Source of the DNA: Felis catus
Taxonomy: Eukaryota
DNA: 64,000 nt
Direction of reading: 5' to 3'
Assembly: GCF_018350175.1 (NCBI RefSeq)
Contig: NC_058368.1
Span: forward strand, 236,532,001-236,596,000
Shown: one piece after another, positions 50,401 to 62,056 of the stretch
Layout of the letters: each line of letters begins with the position of its first letter
Numbering within the stretch: the stretch's first letter is position 1
Translations under genes and position numbers: made by a program
Notes under the pieces: generated by a model
What the model saw: only the letters and a program-made list of their open reading frames with translations
Databases searched by the model: none
Told to the model about the DNA's origin: nothing

Positions 50401-53400
50401 TGAGCACAGGCCTTCATGCCCCTCCCCCAATCCTCCCCCTCCCCCCCAACGGCGTACCCCAGAGAGGTTGGTGTTTGTCACAGAGGAACGTAGAGAAGAG
50501 GTTCCAGGTAATAGGCACCTGCTGGTGATACGAAAGGGGTTCTTGCGGCTAACATAAGCTCAGCAAGCCTTGAGAGACGAACCCCAGGCCCTTCATCCAG
50601 TCCTCCTTAGCTCCCCAGGCCTGGAGGAGCCCCAGGACAGTGTCTGTGATAGGGAGTGAGTGGCAGGCTCATGGCCTAGCTGCAGGGACACTGCGGGGTG
50701 AAGGAAGGGGGCATGAACTTGAAGGTGATGGGCCTCCCAGGTCTCTTTTTTAGGACCTCAGCCCAGAGGGGAAATTACGTGAAGAGAACCCCAAAGGCAG
50801 AAGCCATGGAACCCTTCTCATCCCTTCTGGGACTCTGTGAGGGACCACCCAGGCCACCCAGACCACCCCAGTCACCTGGCTCTGCACCTCGAGGACCTGG
50901 GGAGGCACCTAGTGGAAGTCTCCTGCACCTCCCTGGAGAAGGCAGGGACCGAGGTCACTAAGCTTGCTGGGCGTGGGACAGAAGGTTGCTCATGCAGGAT
51001 GGAGGAGAGGGCACACTGCCACCCCCACCCAGGGCCCGTACGGCACAGTGGCCAGCGGAGGGTGCCTCAGAGGGGCATGGCGAGGAGGAAGTGCCCTGGG
51101 CTCTGTCCATGTGGGAGACATAGAGACCCTATCAGGAATTACATCAGCCCAGGGAAAGCAGGTGCCGGGGGACAAGAGGGACCAGAGGGAGGGATTCTCA
51201 TTCCGCAGGACCCTGACTTTCCCCACTGACCCAGGGATGCAGTCTACCCCCTGCTCCAAGTAAGTCCTGTCTGATGGCAAGAAGCAGGTCAGGGGGGCCC
51301 CCAGGGCCGGGACAGTGGAGCAAAGGGATCAGGGACACCCTGGAGTCAGCCTGACCTGTAGACACTATCGGGCGTTTAGTCGATTCGGGTCTGTCAGTTA
51401 GCAAACACGACCAGAGAAATTGTTTGGCACGTGGACTGAACGGCACGTCGAGCTGTGTACCTCTGGTCCCTGACCCGTGTGGTGCGTGGGTCTTTGTGGA
51501 CACCTCTTTACCACTGCTCCCCAAAACTCTACCCGCTCTCGCGCTGGGATAAGAAAGGCGTAAGGGACGTTTCCCCGTCTCCGCCCCTGGTTTGTAAGGG
51601 GCTACTAACACGGATTTAGGAGAAGCTATTGTGCAGACGCATTTCTCTGTGCCAGAATTTGGTGAAAACAATACGAAAAGTGCCTTTGAACGTGTTCCAC
51701 AACTTTGAAAGAGTATTTATAAACCACGCTCAGGAATACACTCTACCCGGGCCTCCCCGTGAAGAGCAGGATTCGTTTGGTGAAGACAGGGCTCCTGGCG
51801 CCCAGCACCTCTGCCCTGCGCCCCGCACAACGTATCTTGTGGCTGCTGAAAGCCCCAAGGCCTTGCAGAGAAGCCTCCGCCCAAACTGGATTTCAGACAA
51901 TTACTGTCAGCAGAATGTGCCGGATACTTAGATTCTTATCCCTAATGAAATCAAATAATATTGGAGCTGAATAAACATGCTATGAACTCCCAGCAGGTAA
52001 AATTAACTACCCCCTCCCCACTCTCTCTCCTCTCCCTCCATCTCTCTCCTCCTCTCTCTCTTGTCTCCCTCTCCCTCCCTCTCCCTGGTAGCACTGAGCT
52101 GGGCACATTTTCCCAGGAATGCAACAGACATTTGCAGAATACAGTGTCTCACAGACCAGCAGTAGAATCATCTTCTGCAGAGGTGAGCTTTGTTATTTTA
52201 GGTCGCAGACACACGGTGTTCCGGAAAGACAGGCATGGCTCATGTCAAGCGTCTCGTAGCAAACAAGCCTGTTGAAGCGTACTGGACACGGGCGATGGTG
52301 TGTACGTCTACACCTCTGATCATACACACGCGTGCACACGCACGCAGACCCACATGCCTAGAGTTTAAAGAGTTTACAAATCGTACAGACGTGGGAGTCA
52401 TACGGAAATCTCACCTCTGGTAGTTGAGTCTGGAGCGTGGGTTCCTTCTGAACTCGCTTACATTCTAAATTTGGGAAATTTTTTCCTTGCATTTTCTCCA
52501 TATCATCCCCAACATCGTCTGCAGCCATAAGAAGGGGATGCTGCTTGGCTCTTGTCACGAAGATGGACCAAGGGCAACATCTTTAGACCTCAGTCTGTGT
52601 GGTCGTCTGGCCCCGAGGTCGGGGTGGTGGGGGCTCTCTGGCAGGGTTGGGGGTCCCCTGCTCCTCCTTGGGCCCCCACGCAGCCCCCCACCCCAACACT
52701 CAAGGAGATAGAGTTCAGTCTGGGATCACCGCGCTATACAGAAACGGAACGTTAAAATATTTGCGTGGAGCCATGGAACTTCTCTTCTTTGTGTGACGGC
52801 CATGATACAGAACGCTGCCTTTTTTGAAAGACCCAACTTGTCTTTAAAAATAAAACATTTCACACGTATCCAATGCAAGAGAATTGTTTTCTAAGGGGAT
52901 TATTTGTCTTTGCTCTTCACCTGGGTTTATTTCGCTTTTTCTAACGCCTGAAAGGGTGATGTTAATATACCACGTGGCTGTCTCATCTGTAACAAGAGGG
53001 AAGGCACAACAGGTGTTATTGTGTTGTGATTAATAGAGGCGTATTAATTATCGATGGACGGGTTTTATGATCTTGTGCATCGTGTAACATTGTGCTTTGT
53101 AAAATTATGAGACAGACCAAGATTTTAGTTTTTCGAATTAATAAAACTATACACTGGTGTGTAACTTGAAATTGTGCAGTCACAAAACTTTCAGGAAATA
53201 TTAAGGTTTTGATGAATACGAAACCCAGCAAAATTAGCTATCTTGGGAATATGAAAATTCTATGTCTTCAACCCCAGTAAAGGAATGTTCATGGTACAAA
53301 CGCTAAATAAACCATCAGGAAGAAGAACATGCATTCACAAGGGATGTTCACATAGCTACTGCACCCTTTTTGGACCTCGCGTCACATTTTGCTGTGGTGC

Positions 53401-54023
53401 TCACCTGCGGCTCGAAAATAAATTCATAAAATATGATTTCATTGGACATAGTGTCTGAAAAACAACACAATAACCATCTCTAAATTCCAAATTTAAAACT
53501 TGACTAAGGCGGTCATACTGGATGCAAGTATTAAAGGCTAAAATCATAAAACCGGTGATTCATGCAGTCTATGTCCTAGATCTAAAGGAACCTAGATCTC
53601 ATAAACCAAGAGAAATAAAACAACAAACGAGTAGCAGTGCTTTCCTTCCGTGCATGCCTCCTGGTAATGTATAAAGCACCTGGTTCTGTGGTGATTATCC
53701 AATCATGCCGAGTCTTCGACCGGACCCTGACACCCCCAGGCTCCAGCTCCATGTGGCTGACAAGCCACTGGGATCCAAGTTCTCAAGGCCGGAGACTGTC
53801 CCCAGTGCTCCACAGGTCCTTCTCACACACAGGAGCCACGGTCATTGCATGAATCCGTAGAACCATAAGAAGGGCCACAGAACACCAAGAAGGAAGGACA
53901 GGAGCTTCCACTCAGTGCTCAGAGCTGTTGGCAATCTTCCGGTAACTGATTGGAAGCCATTAAATTAATTCCCAGCTGCTAGCCTGCTGCCCCTCTTTGT
54001 TGAGGTCAAGTATATTTTGGCTT

Positions 54024-54243
54024 GGGAGTGCCTGGGTGGCTCTGTAGGTTGAGCATCCTACTTTTGATTTTGGCTCAGTTCATTATCCCAGGGTTATGGG
54101 ATCAATTAAGCCCCAAATCCAGTTCCGTGATGACCATGGAGGCTTCTTGGGATTTCCTCCCTCCCTCTGCCTCTGTCCCCCACTCATGTGCACACACACT
54201 CTTTCTCTCTCCAAAAAAAGGAAAAAAAGAAAAAAGAAAAAAA
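54024..54243 (+). mobile_element. Older Can-SINE
   Basis: gtgcctgggtggctctgtaggttgagcatcc head; A-tail; TSD similar to atattttgg. Confidence 0.85.
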
Positions 54244-54289
54244 ATAGATATTTTGGGTTGGAAGACATGAATCAAGTAAGTAACGGAAC

Positions 54290-55870
54290 AGGAATTAAAG
54301 TCCCAACTAGATAACGAGGTTGAAAGAAGGTAACTTTCCAACTGTGAATGAGTTCTCACCCATGAGCCCAGACTAATTCCATCCTGGGATACTGAAGGAA
54401 GGTAGGAAGGCCATCACTGATGTGTTGCAAAAGATCCCGAGCAGACACGGGGCAGTGGCAGGCAGCAGGGGGCCTTCCGAGGAGCGGGTGTGGTTGTGAT
54501 GCTCCGTGAGAGGGAGGTAGACTCGGAAACTACAGTTCAGAGAGCAGGACATCAACGCTGGGCCAGAGGTGGACCTGGGGACGGTCCAGGAGCATGTGGA
54601 AAAGAAGTCCCTGGAGATGACCCCGGCTCCCCAAGTGTAAGTCAGGCAAACTTCCTCTTCTTTGGGGACAAGATTAATGGATTTCTAGATGAGGAACATA
54701 ACATAGACATAGCTGAGGATGAACATCAGCAAAACAATGGCAAATACTATGCTCTTTCCTTCTGGACATGAAGGAGAAACGTAGCACACTAATGCACTCC
54801 ATTGCTCACTAGTTCAAAGACAGTTTCCCAAGGATGTGGTTTACTGACTAAAGGCCATGCTGCCATTGCCCATCACTGGGCTGTGGACATTGAGGGCAAG
54901 TCACCCAGTTTATTTGCATGGCATAGGGCTTGAAGGGATTTTTCTGGATGATAGAATATCCAAAACACGTTTCCCTCCTGACAATGGGTTCAGTAGAACA
55001 CAATGGCAATTTCCAGAAGGAGGTGAAGTCCACACCATCCAGTGGCCTCTGTGTTGACAGCACTCAGAGAGCTTGGGGACCCTGGGATGAAGTCTTTCCT
55101 GGGGTCACTGCTCTGAGAAAACTGAGCTGTCCCAGATGGCATTAACTGCGCCAGTGCTAAAGCGAGGGCCACCCTGCTCGGGTCAGAGCCACAATGTACA
55201 CTGAGACCTGCCCTCTGACTTTAAGAGGAGCAGAGATGAATCATGGCTGGAGAAGAAAAGATTTGGGCAAAAGAACTCAAAAGTGGGTTAGAAGAAAGAA
55301 ATCAGGACTGTGTGGCTTAAGAGAAGGAAAAATTTGGGGCACCTAGGGGGCTCTGTCAATTAAGCGTCTGACTTCGGCTCAGGTCAGATGTCATGTTTCG
55401 TAAGTTCGAGCCCTGCTTTGGGCTCTGTGCTGACAGCTCAGAGCCTGGAGCCTGCCTCAGATTCTGTGTCTCCCTCTCTCTCTCTGCCCCTCCCTGCTCA
55501 CTCTCTCTCTCTCAAAAATAAATAAATGTTTTTTAAAAACATTTACAAAAAGAGAAGGAAAAATTGGGGGAAGCTCTGGAAACACAAAGCACCGAAAATG
55601 ACCCCCAATATCTGAAAGTATTTTGTGTCAAAAACAGGTCAACTCATTTGTCTGTAGTGCCAGAAGTTAGAGATGGAAACAATCAATGTGAACTACACAG
55701 AGGAATTGGACCCAGAGAGGGGAAAATTTAATAAAGCTGGCTGACGGCAGTAGGCTTCGTGGGATGTGAAATGTTTGGGACACGGCTGAGGATCCCTTGC
55801 TGGAAGGTTCTTGAAAATCATTTCATTGCTGACCTGGTCATTCATCAAGGTCTGTGCTTTCCAACATCGT
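54290..55870 (+). mobile_element. CR1/L3 LINE remnant (RT region to 3' end), split by SINE
   Basis: SPD*FHPGILKE (~54365-54400), ggaaactacag (GNY), SQANFLFFGDKINGFLDEEHNIDI (~54640-54712); 3' part caatatctgaaag..ctgtagtgccagaag..caatcaatgtgaactacac. Confidence 0.75.
55336..55546 (+). mobile_element. Can-SINE
   Basis: TSD aagagaaggaaaaatt. Confidence 0.92.
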
Positions 55871-56018
55871 AGAGCATGTGGCCCCAAATACTAGACAGGG
55901 GACAGGTCCAAACTGAGATGTGCCCCGACTGGGAAATCCCTGCCAAATGCCAAACACTCAGCATACACAAAAAGCAAGCAAAATATCTAATGGGTATGCT
56001 TTCATAATGATTGCATCC

Positions 56019-56051
56019 TTTTTTAAATTTTTTTAAGATTTATTTATTTCC

Positions 56052-56094
<43 letters not shown>

Positions 56095-56251
56095 ATGTGC
56101 ACACAAGTGGGGGAGGGGCAGACAGAGATGGGAGAGAATCCCAAACAGTCTCCAGGTTACCAGCACAGAGTCCAATGCAGGTCTGGAACCCACAGACTGT
56201 GAGACCTTGACCTGAGCTGAAGTCAAGAGTCGGACGCTCAACTGAGCCACC
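56019..56251 (-). mobile_element. Older Can-SINE
   Basis: Reverse consensus with (GA)n. Confidence 0.88.
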
Positions 56252-56257
56252 AATAAA

Positions 56258-56413
56258 TACATCCTGATTGCATGTTTAACCGATAGCGTGTTAGCAAAAT
56301 TGGATTGCATAGAGCTCCTGAAAATAATTCTACTTTTCAACAAATATTTAATTTAATTATTTTATTTTATTTGACTTTATTTTATTTGAGAGACCAAGTG
56401 GGAGAGAGTGGCA

Positions 56414-56457
<44 letters not shown>

Positions 56458-56651
56458 CCCAAGCAGGCTCCCTGCTCAGCATGAACATGGGGCTTAATTC
56501 CACGACCCTGGGATCATGACCTGAGCTGAAATCAAGAGTCAGATGCTCAACTAACTGAACCACCTAGCCACCCATCATTTTTTTTAATGGGACTACGAAA
56601 GTACTTAAAATTGCACACGAGGCCTACATTATACTCTGTTCCACAGCACCG
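56258..56651 (+). mobile_element. MER33/MER3-like hAT-Charlie fragment split by SINE
   Basis: tgattgcatgtt..gata..; ttaatgggactac..ttaaaattgcacacgaggcctacattatactctgttccacagcac terminus. Confidence 0.55.
56355..56573 (-). mobile_element. Older Can-SINE
   Basis: Reverse consensus with (GA)n. Confidence 0.88.
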
Positions 56652-56658
56652 GTCTAGG

Positions 56659-56794
56659 ACCTAGCTATTCAGAAAGTGATCCTTGCTTCGGCCACAACAA
56701 TATCACCTGGGGGCCTGTGAGAAATGCAGGACATCCCGCCAGCCCCAGACCCACCGCATCAGAATCCACATTTGAACCTGGTTTGGGTAGCGCC
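56659..56794 (+). mobile_element. MER5A-like hAT-Charlie MITE (internally deleted)
   Basis: atcacctgggggcctgtgagaaatgcag..ccccagaccca..atcagaatc; flanks ggtctagg/ggtctaga. Confidence 0.65.
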
Positions 56795-57762
56795 GGTCTA
56801 GATTACCATTGCTCTCCGACACCCATTAAAGCAGAAAAAGCCTTTTATTTGGAGGAAATCTAGATGGGGAAATGCTGTAAAAATAAGTCACTATACAGAT
56901 GCTCTTTTTTTTTTTTGTGGATGGTCTGTGGCTTCTCCCACCTTCTAGGCCTTCCTCTGGGTCCTGTTCTCTGCAGTTAGGCATGGTTTGAAAACCACCG
57001 GTCTGTTTGTGTTTTTGGTCTCCAAGATATCTGAAATCCGGAAATATCCAGTATTTCATAATTGCAACCTGCATGCAACTTTATCAGAAAGCAAACGGCA
57101 AGTTGTCCATGAGAGTGGATATGGCTTCGTGGTCTTATCATAATCTTGTCCAATTCACTGGCTGTCAAATTTTCCCAATCACCAAAATCATTAGAGAATT
57201 TTATTTTCAAATGCCATTCCGTTTGAGGCAGGATTGCCAATGGTAGTAAGTTAGCAATCTGTTTACTCTCTCGGGCGAATTTAATAGAGTTACAGGACGT
57301 TCAGCCTTCACAAGAGCAGTGCTATCTCTCTTAAGAGATATCTGTGATTGAGTTATTCACGTCAACGCTTCCATTCTGTATCTTTACACATTACCGAGTT
57401 TTTGTGGTGTATTTTTAATTCTACGCTTTCTAAATTTCTAAAAGAAGTAGGAGATGTTAACTACGACTTTATTCTAACAATCTAAGAAAATCCTAACCAA
57501 AACTAAAAGCTTATCACTCTATTGTAAATAATTTCCTTATGGAAATTAGAAAGAAAGATTTATCTTGAAAACGTGTGTGTTGGGGGGGGGCTGCTTTGAG
57601 TAGGATAGATATTTTGTAATATCCTGAAATGACCTTTTAAGGATTATTTTATATAAATATAAAAATACAAAGGCAAAAGAAAATTTTGCATTTATATAGT
57701 AAATTAGCTTGGCATCTTATTGTAACTGGAAATGGGTCCTCAACATAGAAGAGGGAAGACGT

Positions 57763-57986
57763 GGGGCGCCTGGGTGGCTCAGTCGGTTGAGCGTCCGACT
57801 TCAGCTCAGGTCACGATCTCACGGTCCGTGGGTTCGAGCTCCGCGTCGGGCTCTGGGCTGATGGCCCAGAGCCTGGAGCCTGCTTCGGATTCTGTGTCTC
57901 CCTCTCTCTCTGCCCCTCCCCCGTTCATGCTCTGTCTCTCTCTGTCTCAAAAATAAGTAAACTTTAAAGAAAAAATTTAAAAAAGA
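57763..57986 (+). mobile_element. Can-SINE (SINEC_Fc)
   Basis: TSD agaagagggaaga. Confidence 0.95.
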
Positions 57987-58367
57987 AGAAGAGGGAAGAT
58001 ATAATATAGTACACAGAACTATTCCTGAACAGGGACTCTGCAAAACTATTTCCCCCTTTGTGAAGGGAGATCATTGGCCTCACTGTTTCTCACCAAACTG
58101 ATTTAGAAGAAGACCAGAGACTTTACCAGGAAAACTTCATCCCCTTTAAATTTTTGTTCAAGGTCATGCCCAAGAGCTGAAAACATGACCTAGATAAGTA
58201 TGTACTGGGAAAGGATGAAAAAGTATGGGAACATCTCTGTCCTTGAGGTCAGGTGCATGTGGTCCAGTGGGTTTGGTGGGACTTCACTGTGGCAGGACCT
58301 CCCCAGCAGAAGCAAAACTCGCAAAAGCCATCTCTGGGGAAGGTAGGGACTAACTTGTAAGTGCAGA

Positions 58368-58700
58368 TGGTGAAAAGAAGACTGACCCTGACGTTGATCT
58401 CAATGGTAAGGAAGACTTTATTCAAGGCTGCTGCACAGAAACAGAGGACGGGCTCCACGTGGACACAGCAAAGACAGGTGGGGATTCACAGCCAATAAAC
58501 AGAATGAGGGGCACCGTGGATGGGCATCCCTGCAGAGACAGGGAGAGTAGGGAGTCTTGCTGAAGGACTCAGGAGGATTATTGCCACCACTGGGCTGTGG
58601 GCTGGGCAGGCCTGGCAAAGACAGAGGCCAAGGTCAAGACCTGGTTGGGAAAAGGGCTCCAAGGAGCCCTATGGTTTCGTCGAAGAGAGTCTGTCTGTCA
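58368..58700 (-). mobile_element. ERV1 solo LTR (MER31/MER67-like)
   Basis: Minus strand starts tgacagacagactctc..ggctcc..gagccct..gaccttggcc; AATAAA near its 3' end; ends ...cacca. Confidence 0.65.
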
Positions 58701-59909
58701 ATATCCAATGTGAAATCCAGCCCTGTTGTAGACATGAAGTCCTAGATCAAATATCTTAAGGACTGGAGAAAATACACATTATTGATTGTGATGACTCAGG
58801 AGTCAGGGAAGGGACTGGAAAACCCCAAGGTGGGCAGCAGCCTGGGTCATAAATGAGGCAGTGACTCGGGACACAATACGACCTCTCACCAAACATCTCT
58901 GGGCACAGCGGTACCTGTGGCCTCATCAGACACGTCTGTGAGTGGGGCCAAAAGCGGATGGACAGGGCCAGCCAGAGCCTCCCCCTGAGCCGCGTGCACC
59001 TGCCCGGCCACAGAAGCCCAGCGGGCGCCCCGGATGCTCAGCCCCGGCTCTGGGTGCTCTACCCACTACGGCTCTCCCCCCCAAAGTGGTGACTGCGGTG
59101 GCAGCAATTGTCACATCCCCACGTCACGGGCAGCAGTCTCTCCACTTGGGCATTTATGTCACCAGCCCACTATGACCCCCTCTCACATGCTTTGCACCCC
59201 TTATGGGTGTCTTCGGCAGACGAGTGTGGCTGGCCCGCAGGTGTCCCCCTGGAACCCGAAGGTGGCTTCAACTCCAGTAAAAATATCAGCGAAAGAGGAG
59301 TCAGCTCGCGAAATGCCAGACGTGCCCGTGAAGGTGGCCCTGCCGTTGGCTCCCGCAGGCTGCTGCTGGGCACAGCCTTTGCTTCCAGAAAATACTCCCT
59401 TTCCTCTTGGGTGTCGACAGGCAGAGCCAGGGCAGGTAAATAGGTAGGCAAGGAAATCAAGCTCAGAGGGTGTTGGATTTTGAGGTAGCAAATCGATGCT
59501 AGCAACATAGTCACCCCAAGGCCTCGCCAGCCGTAGGGGAGGCCGGGATCATTCTGCCCTGGGCTGCCGGGGAGACGGCTGAGACACAGCCCCCGCCCCG
59601 CTGTCCCCCGTAACTGGAGAGCCCGTTAGGAAAACCCTTCCTCCAGGGGGTAGGTGGTACACAGACAAGATGGGAGAAGACTCCAGCTCGGAGCGTCCCA
59701 GAGGAGGTGCCAATAGCCTGGGCCAAGACATAGAGCTGTGTCTGGCACAGAAGCGCCACAGAAGTGACACTGGCACCGGGACGGGAGTGGGGAGGGCAGG
59801 GGGAGGCTGGACGGGGTGGGGGTGCCGGGCAGCCAACGCCATCCAGGGGCCGCGGGAGCCGCGAGGTCCTCCGCAGACCTGCTCTGTGCTGTTGATAGAG
59901 TCCGGTCCA

Positions 59910-60131
59910 GGGGCGCCTGGGTGGCGCAGTCGGTTAAGCGTCCGACTTCAGCCAGGTCACGATCTCGCGGTCCGTGAGTTCGAGCCCCGCGTCGGCTCTG
60001 GGCTGATGGCTCGGAGCCTGGAGCCTGTTTTCGATTCTGTGTCTCCCTCTCTCTCTGCCCCTCCCCCGTTCATGCTCTGTCTCTCTCTGTCCCAAAAATA
60101 AATAAACTTTGGGAAAAAAATTAAAAAAAAA
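59910..60131 (+). mobile_element. Young Can-SINE (SINEC_Fc)
   Basis: Perfect TSD agagtccggtcca (59897-59909 / 60132-60144). Confidence 0.96.
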
Positions 60132-60674
60132 AGAGTCCGGTCCAGGCTAAGACGAGGCGCAGATGGGGTGCCCCTCCCTCAACTCCATTGAAGGGTTTAT
60201 GGCATTGGGGCAACGAGCAAGGGCACTGTGGACTGGGGAGGGAGGGAGGGGAGTGGAAACGAGGGAGCCCCAGCACTCGTGGAAGACCCCCGCAGCGAGA
60301 GGGGCCGCGGGGGCAACCAGGCTCTAGCACCGTCCGGGGCTGAGGAAAACGGGGTCTGGGACCCATGAGAGGCACGGAGATAGGACACAGGAGCTGGGTT
60401 TCTAGAATCCGGGCATCATGAGAACCCCATGTGGTATCTGATGACATGAGAGCCTGGGGAAGGGCAGAGCCAGTGAAGAAAGAGCCCAGAAGCTAGGAAA
60501 GGGCAGAGGTCAAGGACAGGCTGGGGAGTGTGCAGGAGGGGTGTGGGCGCGGGGCTGAGGGCCTCGGGAAGGTGCAGGGGCCCGGTGCCCCAGATGCTGA
60601 CCTGTACTTGGCGGGAGGGGGGTTACGGGAATCCACTTGGCGAGCACACATTACCTCTTAAAGAAGGCCGGCTG

Positions 60675-60789
60675 TTGCTTCTGGTTCTGTCTCCCTCTCT
60701 CTGCTCCTCCCCTGTTCACGCTCTGTCTCTGTCTCTCTCTGTCTCTCTCTCAAAAATAAATAAACATTAGAAAAAAATTTAAAAAAAGA
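60675..60789 (+). mobile_element. 5'-truncated Can-SINE
   Basis: Only the 3' half (tgcttctggttctgtctccctct..aaaaataaataaacatt); diverged TSD aaagaaggccggc/aaagaagacgggc. Confidence 0.85.
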
Positions 60790-61224
60790 AAAGAAGACGG
60801 GCAGCCAAAGGAAAGAGGAGAGCCAGGGTCTGGAGAGAAATCAAAGACAAGCAGTAAGTCAACGTCTCCCCTTCTACGACGGGTTAGAGTCACGCATAAC
60901 TTGAAATTAAGAAGAAGGATCCACGGAGAAAGAGAAATGGCATACGTCGAGGAGGAAATGGTTAGGGCTTTGAAAAATAATAACACACTTCTTCTTACCT
61001 GGTTCGCTCAAGAGAAAAACTTGAGCTATTTATTTATTTTTTTAAATTTTTCCTCTGGGACCGCCTCAGTGTTGAAAAACCTAGTGATGGGTGTGAGAGG
61101 CTGTCCACAAGCTGAGGCGTGACCCAAATCTAACGCTGGCTTTGGAAAGCCGTCACGGGACGTTTGTGGGAGAGCGTGGCCCTCAGACGTAGCTGATGAG
61201 AGCAACGTGTACTTTTCAGGGACC

Positions 61225-61830
61225 ATGAACATGGGGTTTGGAATTAAAGACACCTGGATTTCACACCTGTCTCTGCTTCTCCCCACCCCCGGCTTTACAG
61301 AAAGACACCTGACACGGGACTATGTCTACGTTTAAGGTGTGTGCGTGTTAATTTGGGATGCTTACATATTGCAGTGATGCTCACCATAGCTCAGCTAACC
61401 TCCCCCCAGTCATCGCTTCATTACAATTTCTTTTCTGTGGTGAGAACATTTAAGCTCTATTCTCTCGGCAACTTTCAGCTTTATAATATAGTACTATTAA
61501 CGATGATCACCATGCTGGACATTAGATCCTAGAACTTATCGGTTTTAGAACCGGAAGTGTATGCCCTTGGACCAATAAGTTTCTATTTCCTCAACTCCCC
61601 AGCCCCTTGCAATCGCTGTTCTAGTCTTCGCTTCTTACACGTCACCTTGGATAGACCATTAGCTTCTTTCTCTATGCCTCAGTTTCCTCATCTGTAAGGT
61701 GGAGTCATTGGGGGAAGCACTTAATTAATATATGCCCCCAAAGGGTTATGATGTGGATGCAAGGATAATTTATTCATCCAGTACCACGGAAGCATTATCT
61801 GACCCATAAGTATTCACTTCTGCGGCCATT
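61225..61830 (+). mobile_element. MIR split by L1MA
   Basis: catggggtttggaatt..acacctggattt (left part); tgcctcagtttcctcatctgtaa (right part). Confidence 0.7.
61290..61635 (-). mobile_element. L1MA-like 3' end inserted in a MIR
   Basis: gtggtgagaacatttaag.tctattctct, tcaccatgctggacattagatcctagaactt. Confidence 0.85.
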
Positions 61831-61876
61831 AATGCATGTCGTGTATTCAATTACTCTGAGTTTCAGTTTTGAAGGA

Positions 61877-62009
61877 TATATATATATATATATATATATC
61901 CATATATATATCCATATATATATATCCATATATATATATATCTCCATATATATATATATCTCCATATATATATGTATATATATATATGTATGAGAGAGAG
62001 AGATGGATG

Positions 62010-62053
<44 letters not shown>
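61877..62053. repeat. Interrupted (TA)n repeat
   Basis: Direct reading of the sequence. Confidence 0.95.

Positions 62054-62056
<3 letters not shown>

Noticed and set aside
54490..54771. 93-aa ORF as a possible host exon
   Set aside because: Its 3' half is explained by the decayed CR1/L3 RT region.
157..60101. Recurrent ORFs such as MAQSVERPTSAQVTISRSVSSSP... and ...RQRETEHERGRGRERGRHRI...
   Set aside because: Translations of Can-SINE copies, not a gene family.
146..60131. SINE heads as tRNA genes
   Set aside because: A and B boxes are present but continue into SINE body, CT tract and A-tail with TSDs; these are tRNA-derived SINEs.
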